64,000 nt of DNA from Octopus vulgaris (Eukaryota). The DNA lies in NCBI GenBank assembly GCA_951406725.2, contig OX597832.1, positions 69,378,001 to 69,442,000 of the forward strand, in the 5' to 3' direction. This document shows positions 24,660 through 37,891 of the stretch, one piece after another. Position numbers and translations under genes: made by a program. Within the stretch, counting starts at the first letter, position 1. Every line of letters starts with the position of its first letter. The notes under the pieces were generated by a model. That model ran no database searches. It saw only the letters and a list, made by a program, of their open reading frames with translations, and was not told the origin of the DNA.

Positions 24660-24835
24660 TTTTAGCACACGGCCAGCAGTCTCAAGGATGGGGTAAGTCG
24701 ATTACATCGACCCCAGTGTTCAACTATTACTTAATTTATCGACCCCGAAAAGATAAACCTTAGCGAAATTTGAACTTTGATCGAAAAAGACGGACACAAG
24801 TTTGTCCTACTAGCAATTCTGCTAACTCCCCGACT
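24660..24835 (-). mobile_element. Diverged SINE family 1 copy
   Basis: AAGTCGATTACATCGACCCCAGT...TTTATCGACCCCGAAA matches the family core. Confidence 0.7.
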
Positions 24836-25244
24836 TAATAAGGCTGATGATAATAATAATGATAATGAAAGGTAAATGTGAACATCAGCGAGATTTAAGA
24901 TAATGGTTTCTGATTTTCGAATGCGATCAGAAAGTTGGTTTTAGAGGCTGTGTAATACCTAGAATATTACTGGTACTCTTGTAGTGGAACCCAGTTTATA
25001 GACGGGTACTTGTAAGATAGAACATTATTATTGACAAAACGGCTCGTTTCAAAATCTCAACCATCAAACAAAAGAGGGAAATATCAATCAAATTTAAGGG
25101 AATGAAAACAATAAAAAAATTTTAAATGAATAAAATAAAATAAAATTAAAAAAACACAGAAGTTTTGGTTTCAGAAATTACAGAAAATTAATCGACAGAG
25201 ATTTCACATCGGAACGAGGAATAGCGATAATGTTCAGGAAATTG

Positions 25245-25395
25245 GACAACAGCAGCATCAACAACATCTTCCTCCCCATCTTTCCCTTCCCCACCAGCAT
25301 CATCAGCTTCTGCAGCTAAAACCATATCACCATCAGCATCAGTAGCAGCAGCAACAACAACAACAACAACAACATCAGCTGCAACAACCACAATG
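25245..25395. repeat. Imperfect CAG/CAA/CAT trinucleotide tract
   Basis: Direct reading; the polyQ frame is interrupted by a TAG. Confidence 0.8.
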
Positions 25396-26576
25396 ACATC
25401 GCAACATCTTATCGAAAGGAATGCTTGAATGTCGGTGTCATTTGCAATAAATTTCAGTGTGTGGTCAAGAAAATTTGCTTCTCAACCACGCGGTACCGGA
25501 TTCGGTCCTTCTGCAAAGACGCATACATGTAAATCTGATAAGCTTTTGAAAACCAATGTACAAAGCAGGAGGCATCTCAATCAAAACATGCAAGACGATA
25601 GCAAGGAATGAAAAGAAGGATAAAGGTACCGTGCTACCATGCAAATGTTGAATAATGATTTTATAATAATTCGGGGGGAAACTTCCCTTTTCAAATACAA
25701 GAAATAAAAATTATCGCAGGGCCTGGAAAAGGCAACCGTGTAGAGGGCGCCTGTTGGCTCTCTTAACCAATATTTATACTAGAGACGTTTTTAACCCGCT
25801 TTTTATTTCCATGTCATCGACAAAGCCGTCGTCGTCATCATCTTTTTCCACCCAACCACTGACTCCTCTTCACCTTCTTCTTAATTATCTCCATCAAAAT
25901 GGTTATCACCTTGCACCTCCTAAATTTCCACTTGCTATCATTTTTATTTTGTTTCTTCTATCAGGAAGTTACCGCTGTTCTATAATACTTGACTAAGCAG
26001 GATTTTGAAAGCAGATTGCACAGAACCGAATATAAATACCACATGTCACTTTATTCGACGCTAGGCCAATTCAGTAAGGTAAATACCAATCTTCTGCTCA
26101 AGATTTGTACTTTAATTATCGATTACCGAAAGATAAAAAGCAAAGATCTCAGCATGATATGAACACAGAGAAGAGAGAACCAGAACGAATATAAACCCAA
26201 AATATCTTACGCAATGACTGAACGGAACCAAGGAAAATTCAGTGTGCTGGTTGCGAAAAAGGACGACTATCAGTGCCGCGATGCGAACGCCAACCCATTA
26301 AATATGTTGTAAGCTGTTTACAATTACTATCTGCAACTAGAGACTGGAAGTCTCCACTTCATATATGTTATTAAAAGATATTCAAACGTGATAATGGTAT
26401 TTATTTATTTATCTATTTATATATTTATTTGTTTATTTTTCATTGAATCTCAAGTGTTTGTTAGAAAACCCAGTTAGAAAACGATATTCTACGTTTTTAA
26501 ATTCTATATCTGCTTCCGCAGAACAGAAAATACTTTTAACATTTTGGAAAATAAAATGTTCTATTTTTTGCATAGG

Positions 26577-26636
<60 letters not shown>

Positions 26637-27124
26637 CGCACACACACGCACACACAAACATGTATATATATTTCCGCTTGTACACACACACACACACACA
26701 CACTATATGTTTGTTGTTTTTGCACGGTTGATATGTTGATCTTGCTTAAAATAAGGAGTGGAGTAAGCAAAGTGTGGGGTGAAAAAAAACCGAATGCTTC
26801 ACATTAGTTGATGGAGAAAGATATAAATAAAATGAAAAAAAATGTGTTGTTTGTTAAAGATAACTTAGTTAAAATGTTTTACTTATTTTTTCTTTTTCTT
26901 CTCTTGTTTGGTTGATTCTTTATAAGAAAGGTGAGAAAGTAAAGCAACGTTTATTTTTTACATTAAAATTAAAAACAGTTTTATACTTCTCGACACTGTT
27001 TTGATAAAAATTTTCTGTTCTGACTCTTCATTTAAAAGCCAACATCAACCAACAGAAAAATAGATCTAAAAATTTCATAAATAAGAACTGAAAAAATATG
27101 TATAAATACACACACGCACACACC

Positions 27125-27126
<2 letters not shown>

Positions 27127-27213
<87 letters not shown>

Positions 27214-27238
27214 GAACGGATGATATATATGATAGCAT

Positions 27239-27275
<37 letters not shown>

Positions 27276-27358
27276 AAGGGATAAAGAAAAGAAATGAAAT
27301 AAAGATGAACGGATGATATATATGTAATATATATAAACATATAATGCACACTCGCGCA

Positions 27359-27404
<46 letters not shown>

Positions 27405-27481
27405 ATATATATACGCATACATACATACATAATATACATGCATACATAATATATACACACACATACATTATATATATATAT
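27127..27481. repeat. (TA)n/(GATA)n/(CATA)n compound microsatellite
   Basis: Direct reading. Confidence 0.93.
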
Positions 27482-27974
27482 GTGGCTAATAGCTCTTGTT
27501 GAAAGATTTGTTGAAGCTCTATTTCACATGAGATAGAAAATGGAATCCACAAAAGCAAGTAACAACATAGCAGCTTCTTTATCGTGATATCTCTAAATAA
27601 ACAACACCAACCGGAACAATTTCGATAGCATATTCAAAGGTATTTTTCAAGACAGCAGAGTAAAATTCCAAAGTTAGTTTGGCTGCAAATTCTTCCTGAT
27701 CGAAAGACTACCGAGAAGACTGGTATTGGAAGGAGTTCCAAAATATTGTAAGAGAAAGGAAGATTAAAAAAAAAAATATGAGGAAAGATGGGATACAGTG
27801 TGTCCTTATAGAGAACTTGGAGAGCGTTTGACTGAGCTGGAATCGTGTCTAAATGGAACTGCAAGTATTCGGTGTAGATATAGGCAATATCTTACTGTCT
27901 CTGATTTGAAGTTACAGTAAAAGAATAATAGAATTTCGTTCAAGAATAAACAGAAGCACTAGACTAAATAAACA

Positions 27975-28114
<140 letters not shown>

Positions 28115-28462
28115 AAAGGATGCTGGACTTCTCGCCTGTAGATCACAATAGAATGCAACAAACTTTCAGACTCAATGAAACAATATCCTTTACAGAAAAA
28201 CTGTATTGAACTCTATCTCAATTGTCATACATAAATTAGCATACATACATGTCAACATACATATACAAATGCATACACATGTACATACAAGCATACTTCG
28301 ATTGACACACATCCACATATATTGTACGTATGAGGATATATGATGATAACAGGTTTGGTTGAAAATATGACAATGAGGAAGATAAGGACAAAGAAAACGA
28401 AACCCATAATTCTATATTGTTTTGATATAATATAATAAATATTAATATGAATATTAATATTA

Positions 28463-28675
28463 GGGCGGTGAGCTGGCAACATCGTTAGCACGACGGGCGA
28501 AATACTTAGCGACATCACGTCCGTCTTTACGTTCTGAGATCACCTTCTGCAGAGGTTGACTTTGCTGCTCATCCTTGCGAGATCGATAAAGTAGGTACCA
28601 GTTGAACAATGGGGGTTGGTCTAATCCATTTAACCTCTCCCTACCAACTTGCTGGGCTTGTACCAAACTTTTAAA
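28463..28675 (+). mobile_element. SINE family 1, diverged full-length copy, tail type X
   Basis: GGCGGTGAGCTGGCA..TCGTTAGCAC head; GAGGTTGACTTTGC..TCATCCTT core. Confidence 0.78.
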
Positions 28676-28878
28676 ACAATATGAATATCAATATGTATCA
28701 ATATATGATGCAGCATAGAATTTTGTCAGTAAACAGGTCGCGGTTTCGAAGCGACGAAAATATTTTGACAAATCAAAGTTAAATGTTGGAGTGAATCTAA
28801 CGGTTTTAGTGTGGTTTTAAATGGCTTATAAACACCTTCCACGCTGCAATTCTTTATATATATATATGTATTTATGAA

Positions 28879-28937
<59 letters not shown>

Positions 28938-28956
28938 ACGCAGGAGAAAGAGAGAG

Positions 28957-29006
<50 letters not shown>

Positions 29007-29187
29007 GAGAGAGAGAGAGAGAAAGGGAAAGATATTGATTTGCACGACAAGCAGAATTTTCTCTCCATCTATATTATCCTGCAATGGGATAATGATATGA
29101 ATGACAAAATTCATTTCATATAATATATACATATCGATTTATTTATCTATTTCTGTGTATATGTACGTATATTATGTATTCGAATTC

Positions 29188-29232
<45 letters not shown>

Positions 29233-29712
29233 GTGTGTGTGTGAGACATATATATTTATACATTTTTACATATAAGGTATGTTTATGGATATATACAGAT
29301 ATGTACAGAATATATCACTTATAAGAGTAAATCTTAATGCCTATTAATATATTTATGTGAAGCATTTTATACATGTGGTGTGTGCGTGTGTTTATATTTT
29401 CTATGTGTTATAAATAAATATATACAGCCACAAAAATGATAAAATATAGAAAAACTAAAAAGAATAAGAAATTAACCATCCTGCCCTCAGTCACGTGTCT
29501 TTATTATCAACCGTAGCGAATATGTTTATATTCCCTTAACGTGCCTCAATTCCTGTGGTTTGCCGGGATATAATTATTTTTCTATTTATTTTCCTCATTG
29601 TAGTCATTGGAGCTATTTGTGTATGTGGTTGGTGTCGTTGTTCGTTTGATCATTGTTGTTATTTAGTGTGAGATATTCGCCCCTGTAATATGCTATATAG
29701 TAAACAGCATCT

Positions 29713-29967
29713 TTAAATGTATGATTCTTGGGAGTAGGGCTGGTCGTAGGGATGATGGAGCACCAGGCAAGCTGAACTTCGGCATGTACAAGCTGACGGT
29801 CGTGGAAATTTCTTTCTCTCTGTACGCCCCGCCTTGGCACCACCTAGCACTTTGCACCCCAGGCGACTGCCCGAGCTGCCGGTACTTTGAGCCGGCCCCG
29901 CTTGGGAGTTATGCATATTGAAGTCTTTACTCGTCAACCTGGTCGATCGTCCACGTTCTACTGATCT
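29713..29967 (-). CDS. Candidate terminal coding exon of an unidentified host gene (RSVERGRSTRL...PYDQPYSQESYI*)
   Basis: GC-richer island; pyrimidine-rich acceptor tctttatctccatgattgttttaacAG; only phase 0 stays open (85 codons including stop); AATAAA on the minus strand at ~29586-29591; no homology recognised. Confidence 0.45.
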   Translation of the reverse strand, partial: RSVERGRSTRLTSKDFNMHNSQAGPAQSTGSSGSRLGCKVLGGAKAGRTERKKFPRPSACTCRSSACLVLHHPYDQPYSQESYI

Positions 29968-31055
29968 CTGTTAAAACAATCATGGAGATAAAGACACACA
30001 AATCGTTCTCATATACACATGCATAGACCTATATACATATATACATGTTAACGCTTATATACACATGAATGCACATGACCGACATACAGAAAAACACGAA
30101 CAGTCACACAAAAATGCAGACACACTCTCACAAACACACACACGCACTTACATAGACATACATACACACAGAAAGACGCCATTTCAATTTATATTTCTTT
30201 CCCTTAATTCTATGTGAAACATTGTTGTCTGCCCTTAGTTTCTATCCAGTCATTTTTCTCTGAAGAGTGATTTTGTCCGAAGCGTTAAATCTGCTCACCA
30301 CAGCAAGTATACTGAACTACTTTTTATCAGTTTTGTTGCATGATAGATGTCTTGCCGGCACAGATCATCATCAGCCTCTCTGGGATCTTTGGAGTCTATT
30401 TAATCATTTATGCGCGCGAGCATGTGTGTGCGCGGTGTAGCAACGTATCATACCTATGGGACATGTAGATCATGATGTGATTTGAAATGAGAATGCAAAG
30501 AGCTGCGACAACTGCACAAGGTACATCATCCAACGTTCCTAACAATGCCACCATTCCACTGTTCCAGAGTATTTATCAACCGTGGACGGATGACAGCAAA
30601 ATCTCTCACGTCTCAGCGTTATCTCCTCTTGTCCCAGATTTATTTCAATACGCTTGCGCACATCGCGCATACACATCAAATACGCATAATTTACCACACA
30701 CAAACACTAAATAGATGGATCCCAGTCCCTTTCGACCACCATTATTCCGGTATTCAATCAACAGAATTTCCTGCTGATTGAATTAACGAGGAACTAGGTG
30801 AGTATACCACGGACAAAGGAATGTCCACAAGTGAAACCAGCGTAGCAACGCTGGATCATTAAAGTACAAAGTACTGGGCAATCTATTCGGTAGGCTTCCA
30901 CACTGTTTCCGTTTATCATATTTCACTAACAAGGCTTGAGTCTTTCTAATGGGGAAAAGGTATTTGTATATCATCCAGGAAGATCGTGTCTGCGACCTCG
31001 TGATTGCGAAATAAACCTCTTCTGTCATTTGGATGCAAACACACACACACACACA

Positions 31056-31088
<33 letters not shown>

Positions 31089-32339
31089 TGCACACATAAA
31101 CACTCACACATATGCACACTTACCTTCCCAAATACACACGCACAACTTCACAGGTATATACATATTTCTTCACACACACGCGCGCACATACATACACACG
31201 CATGCACACACACTCTTACAAGCAACGACTTTGTGACCACAAATAAAGTCAAATCGATTCAAAAGATAATAGATATCGAATCGTAGCCGAGGAGACTTAC
31301 CTCTTGTTCTTCAGCGCCTCTCTACTAATCCTCTAGATTATAATCATCCCCTCTAGCTATGAATATAGCTCTGTGTCAATATCCTATCGATTATCGTTAT
31401 TGGCTTTACTGATAAGATATAAAATTAACATCGGTGATTTACTCGTCTCCGCTTAATCTCCTTGAAATATTTGATGAAAGCGTTTAATCTTTAACTATAT
31501 TCTATGCATCAACATGGCTCTTAGAGCCAATATGTTCCGTACAACACAGACAATTTCAATGTAACAATCACTCGAGTATGACACCTCGCTAAAGATTAAG
31601 ACTGACTAATACAGGAGAAAGATTAACGCTGATTAATAATGACATTCCAATTATTTTCGCAGGATTAATGTCAGTCTTGCCATGTAATCCAAAAAAAAAA
31701 AAAAATGTTAATTTCTCGTCGTTTATTTTGAGATCTACCGTTTACTAATAAGATTTGCTGGGACAGCCGCACAACTGCCGGACTTAGCTCGGTTTTGACG
31801 TTGGTAAAAATTTGCACAACACTGTGTCAGAGACGTTCTAGGCATGGCCATCCCGTCAATTTGTATATCATTGACTGTCGTAATACAGAATAACGGTAAA
31901 GTCTAATGTGAAGGCAATTTGACAACTGTTTCTAACCAGCGAGGTGACTGCCTAGAATCCACGGAAGATGGTCTCCAATCGGCGACATCAGAAAACAAGA
32001 ATCTGTCATGGATGGTATGGAGAAAGCATAAAAGTAACATGGAACAAAATGAAAATTAATTAAAAAAAATTAAAAAGCTATAAAATCTAATAAAAAGGTG
32101 GTTTGTCAGAAGAGGAAGAAAATAATGGTAAAGGAATAAGTTGCATTAAGTCTAGATAATACTGAAGAATGGCGTAGTTAGGAGAGAATTACATTACGGA
32201 AGCGGAAACAACTATAATGTACAGCGTGCATATGCATATATATATATATATATATATAATACATACATATAAATATATATATTTGTATGTATCTATATAT
32301 ATATGTACTATATAGATGTATATATGTGTATGTATATGT

Positions 32340-32399
<60 letters not shown>

Positions 32400-32434
32400 C
32401 GAGAGGGTGAGAGAGCAGATCCACACTCATCCAC

Positions 32435-32469
<35 letters not shown>

Positions 32470-33570
32470 CGTGTGTTTGTGTGTGTGTGTGTGTGTGTAT
32501 ACGTGTTGCCGTAGGTACCGTGTGTGTGTATCCCTGTCGGTATATGAATGTGTAGGGTGTATAAACATACAAACATACACACGTATGCATATATACATAC
32601 ATGTACACGCACGCACACACGTGTGTGTATACATACACACCCATAGAGACTCACACATATACACACACACACAGATATATCCTCGTAAAGTTCTCTTCGG
32701 TCCTGCCTCCCTCTCATCATCGACGTCGATCAGTTAACAAAGATGTCTTTTAAGGAGATATAGGCTTATTTCTTTGCCAGCGTCTTAATTGAATGTCAGA
32801 ATGGAGGAAATCGTTTTCTAAAAAGGTTAAGCAGATTACTTTTGTCTCTGAAACAAACCATTAGCGCACACAATACGACAGTGTATGTTTGTGTGTATGT
32901 ACGTACGTATACATTTCCACACACATATGCAAACATATTCACGTGCAAATCAATGCACATACACACACATATATGCATATATATATATATACATTATATA
33001 TATGCACATATACATACATGAATATCATATATCAAAACTAAATGTATATATACACGAATACTTAGATACAATAGCATATATATATATATAAGCATATATA
33101 ATATAAATGTATACATACTTACGCACACATTCACACATACATTTATAAATACATAGACACATACAAACATATATACATACATGGATACATATATAAGTAT
33201 ATGTCTGTATGTATACACACCCACAAGCACTCGCATAAGCACATACATACATATATATATATATATATACACAATATACACATATATATATATGTTTCTC
33301 ATATAAATTTTCCTTCTCGGTTTTTTATAAGCTTTTTTTTTTTACAATTCCTCCTTCCTTTCTTCTTATATTACGTTTTATTTTGTTTTTATTTTTTTGC
33401 TTCTCAATCAATCTTGTGTTTATTGGCTCCATAAATCAAGTCAAATCACATCTGCAGTTCTATGAATGATGGTTACAAAACTATTAATAGTTTCTTCTAT
33501 TTGATCCTCGTTCGATATCGTTGCTTTCTAGTAGAGCAGCACAAACAAGTCTTTAAATATTTCCGTATGG

Positions 33571-33613
<43 letters not shown>

Positions 33614-33649
33614 TATGTGTATAAGCCTGTGCATGTGTAGTTATGTATG

Positions 33650-33712
<63 letters not shown>

Positions 33713-33885
33713 ATGCACGTTTCTGCGCATGTGCGTGATTATATATGTTTATGTGTATATATGTGTGTTTATACCGACACATACGCACACTCACATGCAC
33801 GCACGCACACACACACATATATACGAACACACACATACGCTAACATTTCATGAAACCATTGGTAGACTTTTTAACCCGAAATAAA

Positions 33886-33935
<50 letters not shown>

Positions 33936-35229
33936 ATATACACACATATATAAACGTACATATAATATATATATACACATACATATACACACACACACAC
34001 ACACGCACACATATATATATACCCTTATTTCTATTCTCCATTTGTGTTTCCTCATAGATAGAAGCGGCGTTTTTACATTGTCTCTTCCTTTTTTTTGTTT
34101 CGCTACTTTGTCTACGAATTAAAAGTAACATGTCACATTGGGACGCTTTTTGCAACATCTTTTAATTTCCTATTTCGTAGGAAACCCCAAACCATTTATA
34201 AAAGAACAGTTTTTTTTTTATATGTATACAACCATTTCGCCATTTTCCTGTTGTACTGTTTTCTTCCTTTATTTCCTTCGATGATGATATCTATTCTCCT
34301 AATTCCGAATAAACGTCTTGTTTATTTTATAAATGCAATGGTGAATATTAGCTCCGTTTATTACAGGTTTTGAACAGGCCAGTCATGGTTTCATTATGCT
34401 TCAAATGGTTAGGTATCAAATGAAATCTCTTAGAGGGTCTCTGACTTGGCTTTTCTCATTTATTTTTATCAACGAAACTGTAATTCCCCCCTCCAGTGGC
34501 CACCGTGTAGATGGAGAATTGAGTAGCTTTGCGGCGATCGAATATAGTTTTCTAGTTATTCAATCAATGAAATTAGTTAAAACATTGTTTTTTATTACAT
34601 AAGTGGCTGAGTATCCCTTAAAGTGATCGAGTGTACGACGAATTTCTCTCTACCACCTACTCGGTACACGCGCGCTCGCATACATACACACAGGCATACA
34701 AACATCCACACACACACATACTATAAACGAAAACAAAACAGAAGAGTTGTTCATAAACGATGTCGTTACCTGATCGCTCGCATGTTCCATTAACAATGAA
34801 AACACCAGCTGCCGAGTCTTCAGAGGCTGCGTAAGACAGCCAACAGTGTCACGTCCTCAAATGCCGTAACAACAATGGTAATTTGGGTTAAAGAATTTGC
34901 TTCTATAGTTAAGCGGTGGAAGATAAATATTTCTTATCGTTCCACATAAATGAATATTTGAGTCGCTTTTGTTTCTATGAAGAACGAAGAAATTTAACGG
35001 TAACTATCAGGTCTCAAAGATCTCAGCATGACATTCATATAAGTCCTTAACCGTGCTGACAGCGCGACTTTTAATTAGCAGCTTGTCTTAGCCGTCAGGT
35101 AGTTCGAACACATACATGCACACAACACATACACTCATGTAAATACGCGTGCGCGCACAAACACACACGTGCACGCACACACACACACAAAAAAAAACAC
35201 ACACACACACACATAGAGGGCAGGCTATA

Positions 35230-35376
35230 GAACTTTCCATCGAATATATTCACACACAAGGTATTGATCAACCCGGGACTATAGTGAAAGACACTTATCC
35301 AAAGTGTCGCGTGTGGAACCGAACCAGAAACCTAGTGGTTGCAAAACGACCTTTTTAACCACCCAGCCATGCCTGC
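35230..35376 (-). mobile_element. SINE family 2, 5' half, diverged
   Basis: Reverse complement resembles 37433-37590 (GCAGGCATGGCTG..TGGTTAA, GGTTCGGTTCCAC). Confidence 0.7.
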
Positions 35377-35744
35377 TTTTCTAATGAACATTCTCCTAAA
35401 CTTTCTCCATCCCAACACTTCATAGCAGCAGTCGGAAGACGAGTTATTTTCAATGACTAAAACCATTAACTTTAATAATAAAAACTAACAAATTCCGTAC
35501 TGGACTTGAGAATAAGATCAATAAAATGATGAACAGCGACAAAATTCTTCATTAATTCGGTTCAAAGAAAAGGAAAATATAGAAGACAAGCAGGTAATCG
35601 ACAAGAAAATTGAACAGCGTCTTCTTATCCAACTCTTACAGCCGCTACTTATAAGAAAACCTGTCACGCAAAACACTCAATAACATTAACTCTACAGCCA
35701 AATGCAATTGCGCTTGATGTGAGTATACATGTATATATATATTC

Positions 35745-35999
35745 TATGTCTATACATCTATGTGTGTGTGTATGTATGTATGCATGTATGTATGTATGTA
35801 TATGTATGTGTGTATGTATGTATGTGTGTATGTACGTGTGCTTGTATATATATATATGGATGTATGTATGGATGGCAGTATGTATGCATGGATGTCTGGA
35901 TATATAGCTGGTTGGATGGCTGTGTGTATATATATGCACATATTTATATGCATTTGTATATCTACACATACATACAGACACATCCACCCACATAGACAC

Positions 36000-36066
<67 letters not shown>

Positions 36067-36155
36067 CGTATATTTAATATATATATATATTCTATCAGTT
36101 TATGTAGCTCTCTCTATGTGTATATCTATCTATCTATCTATCTATCATCTATCTA

Positions 36156-36219
<64 letters not shown>

Positions 36220-36240
36220 CGTATCTATGTATCTATGTGT
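35745..36240. repeat. (TATG)n/(TA)n/(TCTA)n compound low-complexity tract
   Basis: Direct reading. Confidence 0.92.
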
Positions 36241-36813
36241 GTAACCATTCATACTAATGGACTTACTGTATGCCTTACTCAGCATGAGCTTATATACATC
36301 TCTTTGTATCTATTTGCTTGTTGTATACAGAGCTCAGGTGCACAACTCACCAGAAAAGGTTAAAAGAGGAGACAGAGAGCAGTTCTTTATCGTTTGAAAA
36401 GCGACAACAATGAAAGCTATAAGTACCGGCTTAGTGCACGGTATAAGACCCCGGAAGGCAGAAAAGTGAACGGAAAAAGAATCATAAAGAGGTAAGGCTT
36501 CAAAGTCACATTGGCAATAGTATTTGGTGATTTCCAGTAAGGAGTTTAACAACTAAAGCGGCTTATTTATTCTATGCTTCAACAATCGCGAGAAAGACGA
36601 AAATGTGTCCGGAAGTCAAATGTATAACCAGCAACTTCACCGAATTAACATCTTAAAATGACTGCAAAGCACAGTGTGGACCAGTTTTTTTTTTCTTTGC
36701 GCGAGAAAGGAGAACTATCAAATCTCACGTTAAACTTTCCTGATGATGTCGCTGGCGATAGAATAAAAATATAGACATACGTTAAAATCTATCGGGAAAT
36801 CCTCTTCTGTATG

Positions 36814-36905
<92 letters not shown>

Positions 36906-36947
36906 TGTGTGTATACATATGTGTATATATATACATATATATGTGTA

Positions 36948-37333
36948 CTAGCAGTATCGCCCGGCGTTGCTCAGGTTTGTAAGGGAAATAACTATAAAGC
37001 ATTTTTAGAGAGTTATAGCCAAAAAACAGCAAAAAAATTGGAAAAAAATGATGGTAAATTTTTTTTTGATAGTTAAAAAAGGTGGAGTTGCGTCCCCTAC
37101 ACAGTTTGTGGTTTGTGTTCCTGGTTCTCGACCCCATGTCGAATTTATCGATTTTTTTCAGAACTGGGGGTTCTTTTCAAAATTTTCGCTGCGTTAGTTT
37201 TGAATTATGACATTGGGCTATGTGTGTGTCAAGTTTCATCAGAATCGGTTGAAAGCTGTGGTCAGGGTGAGGGTACAAGCAAACAGACACACAGAAACAC
37301 GCACAGACAAACTGCCGTTTATATATAGAGAGA
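36948..37333 (-). mobile_element. Non-autonomous Helitron-like element
   Basis: Minus strand starts TC(TCTATATATAAACGGC) and ends with an imperfect GC hairpin CCTGAGCAACGCCGGG ~8 nt before CTAG; sits between A and T; no TSD. Confidence 0.75.
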
Positions 37334-37381
37334 TATATATACATTTGTATATATAAATATATACATATATATACATGTATG

Positions 37382-37432
<51 letters not shown>

Positions 37433-37433
<1 letters not shown>

Positions 37434-37603
37434 GCGCAGGAGTGGCTGTGTGGTAAGTAGCTTGCTAACCAGCCACATGGTTCCGGGTTCAGTCCCACTG
37501 CGTGGCATCTTGAGCAAGTGCCCTCTGCTATAGCCCCGGACCGACCAATGCCTTGTGAGTGGATTTGGTAGACAGAAACTGAAAGAAGCCTGTCGTATAT
37601 ATG

Positions 37604-37634
<31 letters not shown>

Positions 37635-37850
37635 TTGTGTGTCTGTGTTTGTCCCCCTAGCATTACTTGACAACCGATGCTGGTGTGTTTACGTCCCCGT
37701 CACTTAGCGGTTCGGTAAAAAGAGACCGATAGAATAAGTACTGGGCTTACAAAGAATAAGTCCCGGGGTCGATTTGCTCGACTAAAGGCGGTGCTCCAGT
37801 ATGGCCGCAGTCAAATGACTGAAACAAGTAAAAGTAAAAGTAAAAGTAAA

Positions 37851-37852
<2 letters not shown>
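37433..37852 (+). mobile_element. SINE family 2, full length: tRNA-derived head, internal microsatellite, CR1-type 3' tail
   Basis: A-box-like TGGCTGTGTGGTAAG and B-box-like GGTTCAGTCCC; second copy at 51433-51820; tail matches the LINE 3' end at 3091-3138. Confidence 0.9.

Positions 37853-37890
<38 letters not shown>

Positions 37891-37891
<1 letters not shown>

Noticed and set aside
25188-25395. PolyQ/H-rich coding exon
   Set aside because: In-frame stops and no convincing splice context; treated as a trinucleotide repeat
36735-36800. CTGATGA-TGTCGC/GCGATA hairpin-GAAT, hammerhead-like
   Set aside because: GAAU instead of GAAA; stems I and III do not form in the required register
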